Below, one piece after another: positions 1 to 13,149 of a stretch of DNA of 64,000 nt. The position numbers were made by a program, and so were the translations under genes. Location: NCBI GenBank assembly GCA_010909165.1, contig MU008199.1:638248-702247 (forward strand), written 5' to 3'. How positions within the stretch are numbered: the first letter of the stretch is position 1; each line of letters starts with the position of its first letter. This stretch comes from Anthoceros angustus. Taxonomy: Eukaryota > Plantae > Anthocerotophyta. The notes beneath the pieces were generated by a model. The model was not told where the DNA came from. It ran no database searches and was given only the letters and a program-made list of their open reading frames with translations.

Positions 1-3000
1 CTGAACTCCGGTCCTTATTTCTAGTCCCGTGGTGGGTCGTCTCAGGGGTTCGGACCTCGGTCCTTATTAGTCCGGTCCCCAAGCTCGGACCCCTTTCACC
101 ATGGACCTCGTCTTGCTAGGTCCTCCTCCTTACCCAGGCCCTTGTCTTGGTTGGGTTGGCTCCCTCCTTGCACCCCTTCGGGCCCGTCACCCCCTCTAGG
201 CGGGTGGTGGTGAACTTACAGGGTCCGTTGCGTCCCGCTCCTCTTGGGCTCCTCTCCTTGTGCCGTCGTCTCCAAGCAGGGCCCCTAGGGTCCCTGTCAT
301 CCCGTGCCCTTCTTCCCTCAAGGCCTTCGGTCCTCTGGAGGCCTCTCGCCCGGGAGCTCGTGGTAATAGGCAAAGTCCGAATCCACTTGTTGGATTGCCT
401 CTTCCACGTGTGCGGAGCACCGTACTCCCTTCGCCATAGGTGCTCGGGGAGCACTTGCCCTTGTTGCTCCACCTCCCGGTTTGATAGGGGGGCACTTCTC
501 ATGGTGCCGGTGCCTCGGTCACCTCCCGGGTTGCTCCACTTGCTCCAACTCCTCCGCTTAGTTCTGCCGGCTTGCCGCCATAGCCGCGTTCCCCCGACTT
601 CCTCGGTGGACGGCGGCTTCTTATGCCTTCCAGCGCCCTCGCCTCTTGTCCATTACCATTAACTCCGCCATCTCCGCTCCAGACGGTCGGGCAACCGCGG
701 GCTGCGGCTTCGCCAGGCCCTTCTCCATCTCGGCGTCACGCTCCTGTTCCATCGCCGTCGGCTCGTCCAGGGCAGCCGCTCTATTTCCGGTCGCGTTCGC
801 GACCATGTCCTGAACTACCATTCCTCTCAATGATAGTTTGGGCTGCGGCTCAAAGTCTCCTTGCGGTCCTCCATCTCACGCTCTTTGCTCCACCTCCGGG
901 CGAGTCAGGAGATCCTCCATCTCCTTGTCGCGAACTTCTTGGCTGGTGGTCGCGCTTGCTCGCCACCTCTGCTCCATCTTGAGGCGGTGGGCGCTCTCTG
1001 CTCGAAGTCTGGATTCTCTCATTGAGAACTCCTTGCTTTCCAGCGTCTTGGGTTGTAACTCCAAGGTGTCCTTCTTGTCCTCCGGCTCCTGCGCCTCCTT
1101 CTACCTCCTGCATGCGCCACAGGGTCCCCTTCCGGTCTTGGCCTCGTGTTTACTCGGCTCGTGCTTGCTCCCTGCCACTGCTCGGCCTTGATTGGCGTGG
1201 CTCTCGGCCGCCTCCCTCCACCGGTTCCGATCACGCCGAGTAGTGATCGCGATCGGCCGCGTGGCCGCCTCCTTGGCCACCTTCACACGAGCCTCTCGAC
1301 AGCTCTGGTCGTCAGCCTCCGCGCATCCGCGCACGCTTGCGCCGGGCGCCTCTCCGCTTCTGTGCGCTCGCCCCTGCACTGCGGAGGTCCTCGGCCGGCT
1401 TGGGCCTCCTTAGCTTTGCCGGCTCCTCGGTGAAGGAATTTGTCAGTCCTTGCGGATGGACGGACCTCCCTCTCGGCCTCGGCGTTTCCCTCCTCAATCG
1501 GCCGAGCTTGGCCTTCCTTCTGCCTCTGGGCCCCTCAAGCTGCTCACGGAGGAGTACCATGCGCCTCGGGTGGCTTCTACCTCACAGGTCTTCTCGGCCA
1601 TCCGAGACCCCCATACAAATCCATGGCCAGTAGCAGGACCCCCGTGTTTCTTCCACGGCCGGCTGAGTGAGGCTCCCACAAAGTCCGTGGCGGGGCCGGC
1701 ATTTCACAGTCGCCAAGGACCTCCATACCCGCAGGGTAAGTCGGGGGGTTCTCGGACCTAATCGGGACCCTTAGGTCTGAGTCTTGCTCGGGGCTTCACC
1801 TCCTTGGCCCTTTTGGCTCCTTCTCCGCCTTTTTCTCCTGGGCCTTGAGGAGGTGAGGGAGTCCGGAGCAAGTTTTTGCCCCTTCCGCCGGGCGATGACC
1901 GCTCCTGCGGCTGCTGTCCTCCGCCTCCGCGCCCCTTTCTCCCCATCGCTTCCTCCGCTTCACTGCAAGGTGGGTAAGGTACTGCACCTGAGGTGCCGCT
2001 GGTAGCCGTGGTCTGCCTCTTCGGCTCCCTCCGGTCCGGCGGGGCTCTCAGGTTGTGGCCGGTGGCGGGCTGGGCCTGGGCCGCCTCGGATCGGCCGCCT
2101 GGGGCACTGTGAGGGAAGCGAATTTCTTCCATACTTCCACAGGTGGTGAGGGGGTCCGTTCAGGGTATGGAGTCGGAATCCTCGATCGTCCTCCCAGTCC
2201 GTTTGGCCTTGACGATCGGCCTCCTCCCTCGGCGCCCTTGCCGCTCCACTTGGCGGGGCCTCAGGTCCTTTCGGGCGCTCGCTCAAGCTCTCCTTCCTTG
2301 AGGAGCTCGAAATGCCCCATACATGGATCGGGTATGGGGCAGAGATGGCGAGGCTTCTCGGTCACTGAGCTTGCGGGCCTCACAGCTAAGCAGGCGAAGA
2401 TAATCCTTCCAGTCGCCCTCTTCCCAGCTGCGGCGCATGCGGGGAATACCAGCAGTTATCACCAAGGTGATCCACCTTGGTGGCGAGTTCGATGGACAAT
2501 GATCGGGCTACGCCCTTACTCATTGTCAGCGGGTCGGATATCGACCGTTGGTGGTCCTGCGTCGAGCCTCGGCCGCCCGGCGTGGCGGCCCTATCTTCCC
2601 TTCGCCTTGAGGGGCCCGCACCACTCTTCTTCTCCTCCTTGGGCGGTTAGGTCAGACCTCCAAGGTCCATCGCCTTGGGTCCTCCGGAGGTTCTTGGACC
2701 GCACCTCCTTATTGAGCCGCCGGCATCTTCGGGCGAACTCCGGACGGTGACACTATCGAGCGTCGGACCATGGAACACATCCAAATGCCACTCCGCACTA
2801 ATTCTCCCGCCTCGGAGCCGTGGCCCAAAGTCCGGATAGCGCGGGTCACAATGTTGCGCTCCAAGGTTCCATGGCTCCCAAACTTCCATGAGCTTTTTGG
2901 GTGCCATCGCCTTCTCCTCCTTGGTTCTTTGGCTTGGGAGGCCGGCGCACGTTGCGCCTTCTTCGCGCGTTGCTCCAACCTCAGCGGTGAGCGCGAGGCG

Positions 3001-3100
3001 TCTGTCCCGAGATACCGCCGAGCGGTTGCGGGCTGAGATCGCGAAATTGTCTCGGTGCGGTAAAATGACCTTCCCCTTGGCGCCTTGAATGCCGGGGGGG
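1..3100 (-). mobile_element. Degenerate GC-rich gag-like retroelement region (probably Ty3/gypsy-type), running off the window start
   Basis: Frameshifted minus-strand ORF fragments with coiled-coil and charged stretches (EMEDLLTR...EQ at 876-1064) and a possible knuckle-like remnant (PEHLWRRE...C near 380-440). No RT, integrase or LTR is visible, so the family call is inference. Confidence 0.4.
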
Positions 3101-3444
3101 CGCCTCTTCCACACGTAGCGCGAGTGCATGGCTTACCGACCTTCGCCTCCGCTTACTCGGCCTTGCCGCGCGTACTCGGCCTTACGCGCGCGCGGTCAAC
3201 GGGCGTGAATACACTATACGGCCTACAGCATTACGGTCTGGCGGTGCATGCCGTCCTCCACTCGAGTCACGTGGCGTCGCTGGTCCGTCCTCGGCTCAAC
3301 TCTAAGTTACTTTCCTGGCGTACTTATGGTCACAGGTGGGTCCGGACTTATCCGTTACCTGGCGCTGCCATAGTAGGTCAGTGCGTTCCTCACTCGGGGT
3401 CAGGAGTATACTCCAGTGCCGTCAGGAGTGCTATCCATGCTTAT

Positions 3445-6150
3445 TTCCCCTTTTTCGCCTCATTTTATCCTTGCTCCTACAAAAAACAAACCGCCTATTT
3501 CTAGCCCCCAAAGTCCGTGATCCACAGTACTTTGAAGTGGTGGAGGTATCGTGGGCACGTCGGTCTTTGCGTAGAAAAGGCAAGGGCGAGACTCAGAACT
3601 TTGAAGCGGAAGGGTGCCTCCAAGTCCAGGAGACAGGCGTCCCAAAAGCTTCACAAAGTGCCATGGTGGAACAACCGCAGTTTGGAATTTGGTGCGGTCT
3701 CATGTGAGATAACTTCATGGTGCGTCGAGGCCCGGTAATAAAGAGAAAGTTCGTGTATGTATTGTTGCACGAGCCCATGGTCACATTAGTGTAAATCAAG
3801 ATCCAGTGGGTGGTGAGATTTTGCAGCAGTGAAAGGTTGTGAAAGGTTACTACTATGAGCGTGCCCATCGACAAAAGTGCCTACCATCGGATTCGTGGCC
3901 ACGTGGTGACCCAATAATGCTTGAAGTCGACCTCCCCGACCACAAAGTTTCCAATGGTAGCTATTCCTGTGGCCAATGAGAAGAACAAGAACACTGCATT
4001 TTACCGGCTCACCTGGATATAGAACATGGTTGGATCAAGTTGTGGCGACATAGCGTAAAGGGAGGGGTCCCGCTGCAAAATATACATGGGCTTGCTTTGT
4101 TCTTAGTCCTGTGGTCACTTTTTGTCAAGGCTTGAGACGTGTGTAGGTCGGATGGATGTGAATGTGCAAGCATCCATAATTGGCATAGATGTGAATCCTT
4201 GCACTTTTGACAATCATGTTACTTGTGGGAGAATGCACCTGGTTTTTGTGGGTCCTGTGAAGCAATTCTCCGCTTTGTAGTTCTTAGCAACGTTGGGAGG
4301 AAGCTACCGGTTGTAATTGCTCAATTGAGCAAACCCAGATTGCGCGAGAAAAGAGGGCCTCGGATGGTCACGAAAATGAGCTCGAGCGATCCAGCTTCGA
4401 GCTCGTGGCACACACATATGCAATTCCAATGACACGATTAGTTTCACACGGCCATGTAGACATTTTGTGGGACAACACACAACAAAGATCTGCTAACCAG
4501 CTTTAACATGAAACCAAAGATCCAAAATATGCCACACCACCGATTTCACATCGCCACCCTCGTGGCCCAAAGTCGATGTAATGTACAATGCCACAAAACA
4601 AGCATCAAGGATTCGCTCCGCCATCCACCCATTGTCACACAACCTATCTAGTGTCGGATGTGCGAGCTAGCCAGACGGAAGGAACTTGTTGCCCGACCTG
4701 TGGCGCCCTCAATCTATCACATCGCGTGTCCTCCTCGCTTGAGTCCCCCGCGAAATGCAGATCGGTGCCTTCGCCACAACCCGACCACCTCCATGATGTG
4801 CGGCGTCGGCGGTGGAAGGCTTGCATATGGGGCCACACCGATCTCGGACCTTCTTCGAGGCGCGTGCCTTGGCCTGCTTCCATTCGATGCAAGTAGTGTG
4901 CGCCAAGGTGACTAGTGACTTTCATTGACAAATGGTGATACTCACCTCCGAGAAGGGTGCCTGGCCAGCTTGCCTAATCCGCTTGAAGATTCCATGTCCC
5001 TCCCCACACCAACCACTCCTAAGTGCAACGCTTCCATTGCATACAAGAGCGAAGTCCGCAACTGATCTCCACAAAGGACAAAGGCGGGCTAGCTTGGTCT
5101 ACGGAAGTGCTTGCCGGCTTTAAATTGCCAATCTGGAGGCCACTCGTGTGCATAAGGCCCGAAGGGGTGGGTGACATGATTACTTTAACATGCCCAAGTG
5201 TAAGGAAAGCAAGGCTGGATGGCCAATCATCGCGATAGATTTTGAAAATTCGACCTCGATCCTTTCAACATAACCCGGCATAGGGGACCAAAGATTTGAG
5301 GCCAACGTGACCAAGAGTCCGACACGACAAGAGTGCATGGAGTCCGCTTTGTTTGCAATGATTGAAAATGGGAAAACTAGGGCCATTTACGGAGATAAAG
5401 AATTTCACAACAACAAGCCGACCGATGAAGCGCAGGAAGTCTCAAACACATCCACAAAGTTCTTAACGCTTTCATGCTTGCTATAGCCCACTACAACTTC
5501 TCAAAGAAGTGTTGCATCTTCAAGGACAACACATGAACTTGAAACCACTGGGGGTGGTACTGCTTACCACCCGCCTGGGCGTCCTCTTTGAGGTTTTCAA
5601 ACCTATTTGTTATTGCCGTTAGAACCTTCAACATGTGGACAACCAACCTCTTGCTGGTCAGGGTTGCAGCCCAAGTCACCCAGGCCTCCCGAGTCATAGA
5701 CAGCATTGTCTCCAGTTTAGGCAGATGCAGAAGCTGCACCAATGTTTGAATTTTGTCCAGGAACTCCTTTTGCACCTTGAACTGCTCCGAAGCTAGTAAC
5801 CTTCGAATGTCATGCTCCAACTTGAATTTGCACATACGCTGGTGCTTATGCGCCACGACACCCACCGCCTCGCCTCGAAGCTGCTGATCCCGCAGCACAC
5901 GACGGCCTTCGCAGAAATTCTAACGTGCCTTCATTAGCATTCCTACACCAGCAGATACCCCAACTCCCAAGTCTGATCGGTGCTTTGAAAGATCCAAAGG
6001 ATACAAGCTTGACATTCCAACCGGAGCGGAATCACAACATGCACCGCCGTGCCCCTTACAACCATCACATCCTCATCAAGCACAAACGTGACATGAATCC
6101 CCAAAAGCATCATCCTCACATTCAACATCTTGATCCCAGGTGAGTAGACA
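3445..6150 (-). other. Unassigned degenerate coding-like region (best ORF 5491-5898), possibly cargo of the adjacent DNA transposon
   Basis: ORF 5491-5898 (MCKFKLEHDIRRLLASEQF...HPQWFQVHVLSLKMQHFFEKL) has protein-like composition. Neighbouring fragments are frameshifted and no family was recognised. Confidence 0.3.
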
Positions 6151-6225
6151 CTTCCCCCCATACCCTCCTCCACATCCACATTTGGTTTCCATGGACCTCC
6201 ACGCCATCCCCACAGAATGACACAT

Positions 6226-6515
6226 CCTCATCCCCACATACCCACATCCCACTAACATCCCGCATCCGCACTAACCACATCCCATCCCAAACACATACAA
6301 GACACATTGTACACATCACCCACACATCCCTAACACATCCCACACACACACCATCCCCACATACCACATCCCCACATCCCCACATCCCACATCCCCACAT
6401 CCCCACATCCCACATCCCACATCCCCACATCCCCACATCCCCACATCCCACATCCCACATACCCACATACCCACATACCCACATACCCACATACCCACAT
6501 ACTCACATACCCACA
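6226..6515. repeat. CCCACAT/CCCCACAT/ACCCACAT microsatellite-like array
   Basis: Directly visible tandem 7-8 nt units, purest at about 6351-6513. Confidence 0.95.
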
Positions 6516-6559
6516 TGAGTTTTATCAAACTTGAGCTCCCACACATCATTATTAGGGCA

Positions 6560-7345
6560 GCACACGACATTTATAGCACCTTTGGGTCACAAGTCTGAGC
6601 CAAAACATTTTATAAACCCACCTTGCAAAGCCTGTACAGACAACATAGTCTAGTAAACTCAAGACCCAAAGGTGACAACATAGCATCCGAAAACAGAGCA
6701 ATGTGAAAATAGAAACCTCGGGCACGACTTGCATTAATTTGTCCTCCTCGCGACAGAGTGTTCATCCAATCGGGTTGTGCTCATCTCAAGAGCAGAATGA
6801 ACATGATCTATCGAGAAACATATATCGAAACGACAAAGAAGCGTTATAGCACGAATTTGGGTCACAAGTCTTGAGCCAAAACATTTTGAACCCGCATGCC
6901 CTTTGCAATCTGTGACAACATAGTCTAGTAAACTCACCCGAAGGGTGACAACATAGCAGATCAAAACGCACGGAGCAATGTGAAAATAGAAACCTGGCAC
7001 GGCTTGCATTAATTGTCCTCCTCGAAGATGAGTGTTCATCCAATCGGGTTGTGCTCATCTCAAGACCGCAGAATGAACATGATCTATCGAACGAAACATA
7101 TATCGAAACGACAAAGGCGTTATAGCACGAATTTGGGTCACAAGTCTTGAGCCAAAACATTTTGTGAAAGTCATGCAAAGTGACAGACAACACGCCTAGT
7201 AAACTCGGCACCAAAGGGTGACAACATATAGATCGATAAACGCAGCCCAAACAATGTGAAAATAGCATCATCGGGCACGGCTTGCATTAATTGTTTCTCC
7301 GCACGCAGATGCGTTGATCGAATCGGGTTGTGCTCATCTCAAGAC
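6560..7345. repeat. Tandem array of ~275-bp units, about 3 copies
   Basis: The anchor ATAGCAC..TTTGGGTCACAAGTC(T)TGAGCCAAAACATTTT recurs at ~6571, ~6845 and ~7121. CAATCGGGTTGTGCTCATCTCAAGA recurs at ~6767, ~7042 and ~7321. Confidence 0.92.
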
Positions 7346-7354
7346 CACGATTGA

Positions 7355-10221
7355 TCATGAACCACCGTAACTTCCTCGGTAAGAGTACTCACCTTCCTCG
7401 GTTGCTTTCATAGACATAGGCGTGACTTGTTCCCCGGGCGTGGTTAGCCTACTGGACTTCTCCATCGTGCCCATGTGGTGCCATTGTGAACTTGCAACGA
7501 ACAATTTGAGTGGCAAAATGCATTCCTCCGGATCCCAAGGCAAGCTATACAGACTCGGGCAAATGCTTTTCCAACATATAGTATTGTCCGACAACCACCT
7601 CCTCCCCACTGGAATTCTCTTTTACTCCAAGGCAATACCGAGACTCCAACGCGTGTGCTTGGCCTTAGTGCAAGTCAGTAAAAATCCAGCCCTTCATCCG
7701 TGGTCCGAAGACAAGGAAGTTATCTCCAACTTCCAAGATATCCGCCATCTACGAGACATCATCAACATCATCATCCTCACCGCTTCAATTGTTGGAAGTG
7801 CACGATCGAATCATCGGTGGACTTGGTCAACCGCTTGTCGTGTTTGTCGGGGCCAGCTGTCCATGAGGTGTGATTCAGACCTCCAAAAGCCGATGAGGCA
7901 CCATTTCACACCGAATGGTTGCTCTCCATACACTGTGCAAACATGCAAGGCTCCGTGAATTGCGTGGGGTCATGCATGTCACAACCATATGTGTGCATTT
8001 GCTTGGATCTGTATGGGGTCACAACCAAATTTGTTTCCTTTACTCTTTCCAATGAGCCAAAACCGGTGAACATGATCAAGAACTTGCATAAGAGCGCACA
8101 GAGAGATGTCGCAGTACTCCACCACATCTGCAGCATTTTCCATCCCGCCAGTGGGGACGACACAGCCGCAGAGCACGCTTCAAGATGGCACTGCACCATC
8201 GTGCTCCCCTTCCGTGCCCACTTCCAAAATAAGACCAAAGCATGTTGCACCCACCGTGATGCTAGGATACCGAGCAATGAAGTAGCTAGGTCGACACGCT
8301 TTGAATTGGCTAGCCGCCCATCCGACCAGACCTGTTCTCGAGGTTGAGGAATCCGCATCCTGCATCCACGCCAATCGCTTTAGCAAACAAAGGTTGCACA
8401 AATAGAGTGTCATGGACCATGTCATCGCTAATATAAAAGTGATAGTACTTCTCAATTGATGCGCCGGTCCTCTGCATCAACAGGCCATTGCGCTGTAAAA
8501 CCAACACCAAAATAGTAACTGGTCGCTCGCCAGCATGGATTGAATCTCATTCTGGACCCCAAATGCATAGTTCGAGCAAAATCGCACCGAAACCACAACA
8601 TCCTGTGGGAACCATTCGAGACAATGTCGAACTCTATCCCGCCATCGGATATAATCATGAAACGAAACTCCTTCACCTTACCTTGGATACTCCACAAACA
8701 CGGAAGGATGTGTTTCCTAAACACTAGTTTGATCCTTTTCTTGTTGCCATGATCCTTTCCGACTACGATATTGAAAACATACTTAAGAACGATTTGCAAT
8801 ATCCAAACATGTCTCGAAGGCGAAGGAAGTGTGTTGACACCACACTGTCACATGTTCCTAGCAAGCATGCGGAATGCGGCAAAGATCCTCACCCTTTGCA
8901 CAAAGAACACGCTCACATAGTGTCCCGATCAAGCCAAACAAGTGGAGGCGCATAATGAAGCTCTTGAGCCAAAGGATGAGCACACACGAGAACAATGACA
9001 CCGCCACGGGTGAACCACGAGATGCCCGGAGGTTATTGAAGGCATCTTTAAGGAACGCCATTTCCACATGGTACCGACAGCAGAGATTGCGCTCTTGCAA
9101 GCTCTTAACAAAGAACGGCTTCAACTTCTCGAATGACCGTTGCCCAACTTGTATTTCCTGTTCTTGATGTGGAGGTAGAACTCCGCACATGTCACGAAGA
9201 ACACACCAATCACCTAAGAAACCTTGGTAAAAGCAACACCAAACCCACAATGGAGGCCACATGGAGTCGCAGATCATATGTGAGCATAGGGCATTGGGGT
9301 CAAACATGCAAGCTTGGGTCCCACCGACGAACAAAGACAAACATGTAACACACTCGGCCCATTGTCTCTGTTGGCGATAGGTGGTCACCACTTAGTTGCC
9401 CAATAGGAAGACACCCTACGGTTGTATGAGGAAGGAAACACAAGCGTTAGAAGGACCCAAGACACGCCCTTCGGATCGCAACCTAGACACAAATCTCAAA
9501 CCTAGCAAGCCAAACTTCACATTACGCCCTTGAGAAGAACAATACAATCAACACTTCAAACTCGAAGTCGATAATTCCACATACCGTGATATGTCCAGTG
9601 CGTGATATGTTTGATGAACGTTTTCGGTGCTATTCGCAACCGCTTGGTATCTTTTGTGTTGGATGAAGGACGGGAAGCTGATTCCCAAAAGTGGACGATG
9701 GTGGCCTTAACATGTGGCGAAAGGATGTCAGATCTTGATCTCCTTCCATCACCCAACCAGGATCTGTCACCAGAGGCATGCCCTCCCTGCCTTGTGCTTA
9801 GGGCTCGATGGATCTGCCTCCTGCTGACTCCAATGTGGTGGGAAAGCGTAGCAACAAGGTGATTGTCTTGGAGATCTTGAGATAAAATGACGTTGAACAG
9901 GGTGTTCCTTGCTCGCAAATGGTCTCCAACTTGAACTGCCTTCAAGTTTGTGCAAGCCTCACGCACATTCTTCAACAACAATGCTCCTAGTTGGATCTCT
10001 TTTGCATCCTTTGTAGCCCCTGGCCTATATAACTTGAGAAGTGGTAGGTGACTAAACACCTCCAAGATGTCTCTACGACTGTATGCGTGTAAGGCATAAA
10101 GATTAGTGTACGAGCCACTTCTTGCGCACCGAGCATTCCCTAATACGAATTGGCTGCAAGAGCCCCGCCGCTCTATGCTTCTCGCACACGGGCTGTTGAT
10201 GTTTTGACGCCTCTCCTTCAA
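7355..10221 (-). pseudogene. Sola-type (Sola2-like) DDD cut-and-paste transposase, frameshifted
   Basis: Motifs read across frameshifts in this order: GQRSFEKLKPFFV..ERNLCCRYHVE (~9080-9160), DFAxNYAFGVQNEIQS (~8530-8590), HFYISDDMVHD (~8410-8445), WSDG.ASQFK (~8295-8332), GSGHGKGEHDGA (~8190-8225). The superfamily subgroup is assigned from recalled motifs, not from a search. Confidence 0.75.
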
Positions 10222-11466
10222 CTCTCCTGGAGCATCCTCCCTACTCTCCTTGGCGCTGGAGGACGTGACTGCTTAACATCCGCTCGCCCACCTCCGTGAT
10301 GTATCCTCGCCTTCTTCTTCCCACCACGGACACCGACTTCACGTGAAGCACCTTCAGCAGTGCTGTCGCTACCGACGTTTGCTTGCCGCCATCGACTCCG
10401 TTGTTGGGAAGGTGACCGAAACAGCACCAAAAGAAGGGTTTGCAGGCACCACCTCCAACGCCACGGCACTATCCACCGTATTTGAAGCGACACCGCCCGA
10501 CTATCCACCAACCCGCGGACCTACTTGCAACTTGTAGCGCCGTCCGAACCTCGATCCGCTCCTTCCACCACGTCCTCCACATGTAGCCCGGAGCTTGTCA
10601 CGATTACCGATAGCCATGAGTTCAAGTTTGAGCTCACGGAGCTTGTCATTATTACTAGCCTCGAGTTCAAGATGAGCTCTGATACCTAGGTCATTTGCCG
10701 ACAAAAGCGATGCACGTACTCGTCCGCACCACTGTAAATGATATTCTATGTTGATTATTAAACTCGGAGCATTTGAAGGCAGCGTTGGCGGGCCGTTCGG
10801 CCACGAGTTCGTGAAATGAAGGCAAAAGGCCACTATGTGGGGACATTGTCCTTAAACAAGTTGAATTTTTATAAGCATATTTTAATATACCATTCTTTAT
10901 TAAATTTTAATCCTAGATAAAAATAGACATGACTATAACATGTAAAAAAAATCAGACAAGTTGGAAAAGAAATGAATTTTTCATAATTGTAAACATTGCG
11001 TGAGGACAAATTAAGAGCGTTTCAACCGTTTCTAACTAAAGTGAGCACCCAACCATGCTTATACCCAGAGCTTGAGGGGGCGGCCCCAAATTTGTCACGA
11101 GAAGGGTCTTAGGGAGTGTAGGATTTGCGCTGGTGGGAGGATTGCCCACTATACGGTGATTTGGGGGGTCCCCATGGACGCCGTTGCGTTTGGGCGGTGC
11201 CTCTCTTGGCGAGGAGTCCGCGCCGGAGTCATCAGCGAGTGGCGTGACTCACCTAGGCGGGTGAGGGAGGCGCAGTCAGTGAGGTCGTGAGCAGAGAGGT
11301 CGGGAGGCGCACCCTCCATCCGCAGTGGGAAGGGCTCCCCACTCCTTCGAACGAAACCTATTGTACAAACCAGCGATTAGGATAAGTGTGGCTGGCCGAG
11401 AGGGTTCCGGGGTCCCGAGAACCTCCCACCACCAATAAGCCTAACTCAAAAGATTAACGAGGTAAG

Positions 11467-12508
11467 TTAAGCTAAGTTATATAAATAACTCCAACAAATG
11501 AGTTGATCTTTCAACTCCTGCCATGCTCCTTCATGCTCCAGTTTCCACTGCCAAGCCATATCATTCTTGAGTAAATCATACCACGGCTTGCAGATCGCAC
11601 TCATGTCCTTCCTAAACCTGCGATAGTAATCGACTAGGCCTAAGAAAGCCCTTAGTGCTGCCACATCCCGTAGCCTGGGCATCTGCATCACAGCCTGAAC
11701 CTTTGCCAGCTATGGCATGATCCCTTCTGACACAATCTTATGCCCGAGATACTCTATCCCCTGAAAGGCAAAGCTACACTTCTTAGGATGTGCTTTCAAC
11801 CCTGATTGTGACAGCCTTTGTGGCAACATTTCTAAGTGCTCTTCCAGCGTCTCACTAAAAACCAATATGTCATCAATATAATACTTCACAAACGGCATAC
11901 CTTGCAGCTCTAGATCTGCGATCCGCTAAAAGTATATAGAGGCATTCTTCAGCCCAAATGGCATGGTTTCCCATTTCCATAGCTGATCTCTGCCCAAGAA
12001 TGCCATCTTGCACTTGTCTGCATCTTCTATGACAATTAGATTGAAGCCTAAGCGAAAGTCGAGTGTGGTGAATTACTTGGCCTTGCCGATAGCATCAAAT
12101 ATCTCATCGTGCTCGGCATGAATCTCTCAACTCTGTCACCTCATTCAAGGGTCGATAAGTCACCACACATTCCGTGATCTTTCCACTCACCATTCTTGTC
12201 CTTCTTCAAAGGTACGATTGTGGCGGTGAAAACTACAAATTTGATTTCTTGATCAATCCAACATCGTAAAGCTCCTTGCAGCGTTTGTCTACCACATCCC
12301 ACTCTACCGGGCTTTATCTACGAAGTTCTTCGAAAGATAGCTCTTGAGTTGTGGTCACGATCTTGAACTTGATGCAATCGTACTTGCCCAGCTCATTCCA
12401 ACTGAAGGCAAAAGCCCTCTGGTTTCGATCTAACATCTCCCTGATCTTGACTTGATCTTCCTCGCTGATGTCGCCGGATATCTTCCACACATGAACTTCT
12501 TTGATCAC
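11467..12508 (-). pseudogene. Ty3/gypsy reverse transcriptase fragment (truncated before RNase H)
   Basis: MPF..YIDDILVFSETLEEH...LKAHPKKCSF....IEYLGH, LRAFLGLVDYYRRF..., and upstream AFAFSWNELGKY. Confidence 0.9.
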
Positions 12509-12739
12509 TATCTAATATCAAATTGATTATTTCATGATTCAGATTGGTTATCACAAGACTACTATTAGTACTATAGCTTATGTCTTGCGCATACCTCTAG
12601 GTTTTGTGGTCATAGCTCTTTATGTTGATATTCTCTCTAGATCTTGTGTTCATAGTTCTTTATATTGATTATCTCTTAATCTTTATCGACACCCTTAAGT
12701 CCTTGAACACGCCTTAGTTAGAATTGAGTTCGAATTTCA

Positions 12740-13030
12740 CATGAATGATAATGATATTTTGAAAACTATTTTGTTGTCCAAATGAATCACGATGTTCAAA
12801 ATCTTACCATCATCATTCATCAAGCCAAGTATGTAGATGACTTGCTCATCAAGTTCACATGGAGAATTGTAAGCCTATAAATACCTCTACAAGTTAGTGT
12901 GAAAGCTATGTCACATGAAGATGATGCAAGGTCCAAATGAACGCCAAACCATGTACCCAAACTACAAGCTAGATATAGCTTTCTCGTGTTCTCACACCTT
13001 CCTCTTCATGGTGAATCCTAGCCCTACTCA
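12740..13030 (+). pseudogene. Old Ty1/copia RT remnant
   Basis: CATCAAGCCAAGTATGTAGATGACTTGCTCATCAAGTT..ATGGAGAATTGTAAGCCT reads as HQAKYVDDLLIKF/MENCKP, a copia RT C-terminal motif. Confidence 0.6.
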
Positions 13031-13047
13031 CTAATCCTTGTTGCTGT

Positions 13048-13149
13048 ATGTCACGTTATCTATCTTCTTTGAGATGTCACGCTATCTATTTTCTTTGAGA
13101 TGTCATGTTATCTATCTTGTTTGACATGTCACGTTATCTATCTTCTTTG
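13048..13149. repeat. 26-bp tandem repeat x4
   Basis: Unit ATGTCACGTTATCTATCTTCTTTGAG, four contiguous copies with few substitutions. Confidence 0.9.

Noticed and set aside
1-3400. DIRS/tyrosine-recombinase element or host gene
   Set aside because: No YR, RT or splice-consistent exon structure was recognised; left as a gag-like remnant.
6076-6570. MWGCG-repeat ORFs
   Set aside because: They are translations of the microsatellite; there is no evidence of coding function.
3435-11062. 10-bp direct repeat CCATGCTTAT (3435-3444 and 11053-11062) as the TSD of a 7.6-kb insertion
   Set aside because: There are no TIRs inside it, the length does not fit the ~4-bp TSDs I recall for Sola, and a chance match is plausible. 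Used only as an approximate boundary.
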